Source: an uncultured bacterium (GTDB lineage: Bacteria; Bacillota_I; Bacilli_A; RFN20; CAG-826). Taken from it: DNA of 49,088 nt. Within the stretch, counting starts at the first letter, position 1. Every line of letters starts with the position of its first letter. The notes beneath the pieces are model-generated. The model did no database searches. It saw only the letters and a list, made by a program, of their open reading frames with translations, and had not been told where the DNA came from. Location of the stretch: assembly GCA_949297305.1 (NCBI GenBank), contig CASFSG010000057.1, positions 1-49,088 of the forward strand, given 5' to 3'. The position numbers and the translations under genes are program-made. Below are positions 48,193 through 49,088 of the stretch, piece by piece.

Positions 48193-49080
48193 ATGATTAA
48201 AAAGAAATATTATTTAAACAAAAAAAGTTATGAAAATAAAACTATCGGTGGAGATAAAATAGTTTTATATCATCGCCTTTATAAAGGCAAAAAGATTGAA
48301 AATAGTAAAGATCTCTCTTTCAATGATGAAAATTTTGATTTTTTTATTCCAATTTCTTCAATTCCTACCTTATTTTTAGAAGATAAAATGACTTTTGGGG
48401 AAGCTGGTTTTGTCTATATGGTTCAACCTTATCGCAAACACGGGTTTTTAAATTGTCATAAAGACATTGAGTTTTTTGCCTTGAAAGTTGATTCGCTTTA
48501 TATGCGCGATTTTTTAAAGGAATTTAGCAAAGAAAAAGAGTTCTTTTTCAAATCTAAATTCTTTTTATCTCCTTTAGCAGGTGATTTATTGCAAGATGCT
48601 TTTATTGCTAATGAACGCGGTGATAAAAAGATGGTTTCTGCTATTTTAGAAACCTTATTACGCGAACTTGCATTTTCTTCTATCAATAATACGGTCGATG
48701 CTCGTTCAGATTTCCCAATCAATGTTACCCCGGTTGTGCGCGATGTCATTAATTATTTGTATGATAATTATGATAAGCAAATAAAAATCAAGGAAATTGC
48801 TGAGAAGTTCAATATTTCTATTGAACATCTCATTCGTTTATTTAAGGAAGAAATTAATGATACACCAAAACAGTTTATGCTTCGCCTCCGCTTAAATAAA
48901 GCGCGAAGTTTGTTTGAAAATACAAATTATAAAACGCATAAAATATCCTTGATTTGCGGCATTTCTAGCACGAATTCTTTAACTGAAGCCTTTAAAAAAG
49001 TCTACGGTATATCAGTTAAAGATATTGCTCGTCCTATGATGAGTGAAACAATCGATTTTCGAAATCATCGCAATAAATAA
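48193..49080 (+). CDS. AraC family transcriptional regulator
   Basis: C-terminal double HTH: IAEKFNISIEHLIRLFK...LRLNKARSL...FKKVYG. Confidence 0.9.
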   Translation: MIKKKYYLNKKSYENKTIGGDKIVLYHRLYKGKKIENSKDLSFNDENFDFFIPISSIPTLFLEDKMTFGEAGFVYMVQPYRKHGFLNCHKDIEFFALKVDSLYMRDFLKEFSKEKEFFFKSKFFLSPLAGDLLQDAFIANERGDKKMVSAILETLLRELAFSSINNTVDARSDFPINVTPVVRDVINYLYDNYDKQIKIKEIAEKFNISIEHLIRLFKEEINDTPKQFMLRLRLNKARSLFENTNYKTHKISLICGISSTNSLTEAFKKVYGISVKDIARPMMSETIDFRNHRNK

Positions 49081-49088
49081 AATACTTA

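Noticed and set aside
4952-48749. Numerous 60-140 aa ORFs nested in or antisense to housekeeping genes (e.g. 12564..12809, 26158..26487, 41885..42304, 45865..46119)
   Set aside because: Shadow ORFs of well-supported genes, with no independent signals.
1-49088. CRISPR array, rRNA, prophage, retron or other recognisable multi-gene defence system
   Set aside because: No regularly spaced repeats, rRNA motifs, phage genes or reverse transcriptase seen.

Overview
AT-rich chromosomal segment of a genome-reduced Bacillota bacterium. Gene content and order suggest an uncultured Bacilli/Mollicutes-adjacent lineage such as RFN20 or RF39; this is inference. Conserved Arg positions support the standard genetic code. 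Most of the window is housekeeping: dnaD-nth, a DEDDh exonuclease with recU, gpsB-rnpB-pgsA-cinA-recA, rny-ymdB-miaB-ricA-like-miaA-tcdA, fhs, two tandem MacB-like ABC fusions, csp, ychF-ispF-gltX, argS-rpoE-fba-nrnA-cysQ-5'-nucleotidase, a six-tRNA operon, pgi, mgtE, pduL, metK, hpf, and MarR with a heterodimeric ABC exporter and AraC. Accessory DNA is limited to a probable IS end at the left edge and a decayed islet of about 2.3 kb (AAA/DUF4143 ATPase, possible ParE-like relic) at the 3' end of tRNA-Leu(GAG). The most interesting signals are regulatory. (1) An identically spaced 41-nt element, AATTCGGAC-N17-ACTAT-N4-ATAGTG, lies in front of both recA and the MacB-like ABC pair, with no canonical LexA box, pointing to a regulon I do not recognise (alternative sigma factor or repressor). 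(2) A SAM-I-like riboswitch before metK keeps the ligand core and pseudoknot but lacks the P2 kink-turn. (3) Several genes look leaderless. (4) RNase P RNA is embedded in a protein-coding operon, and rny has a structured leader. All calls come from motif reading by eye; no database searches were run.
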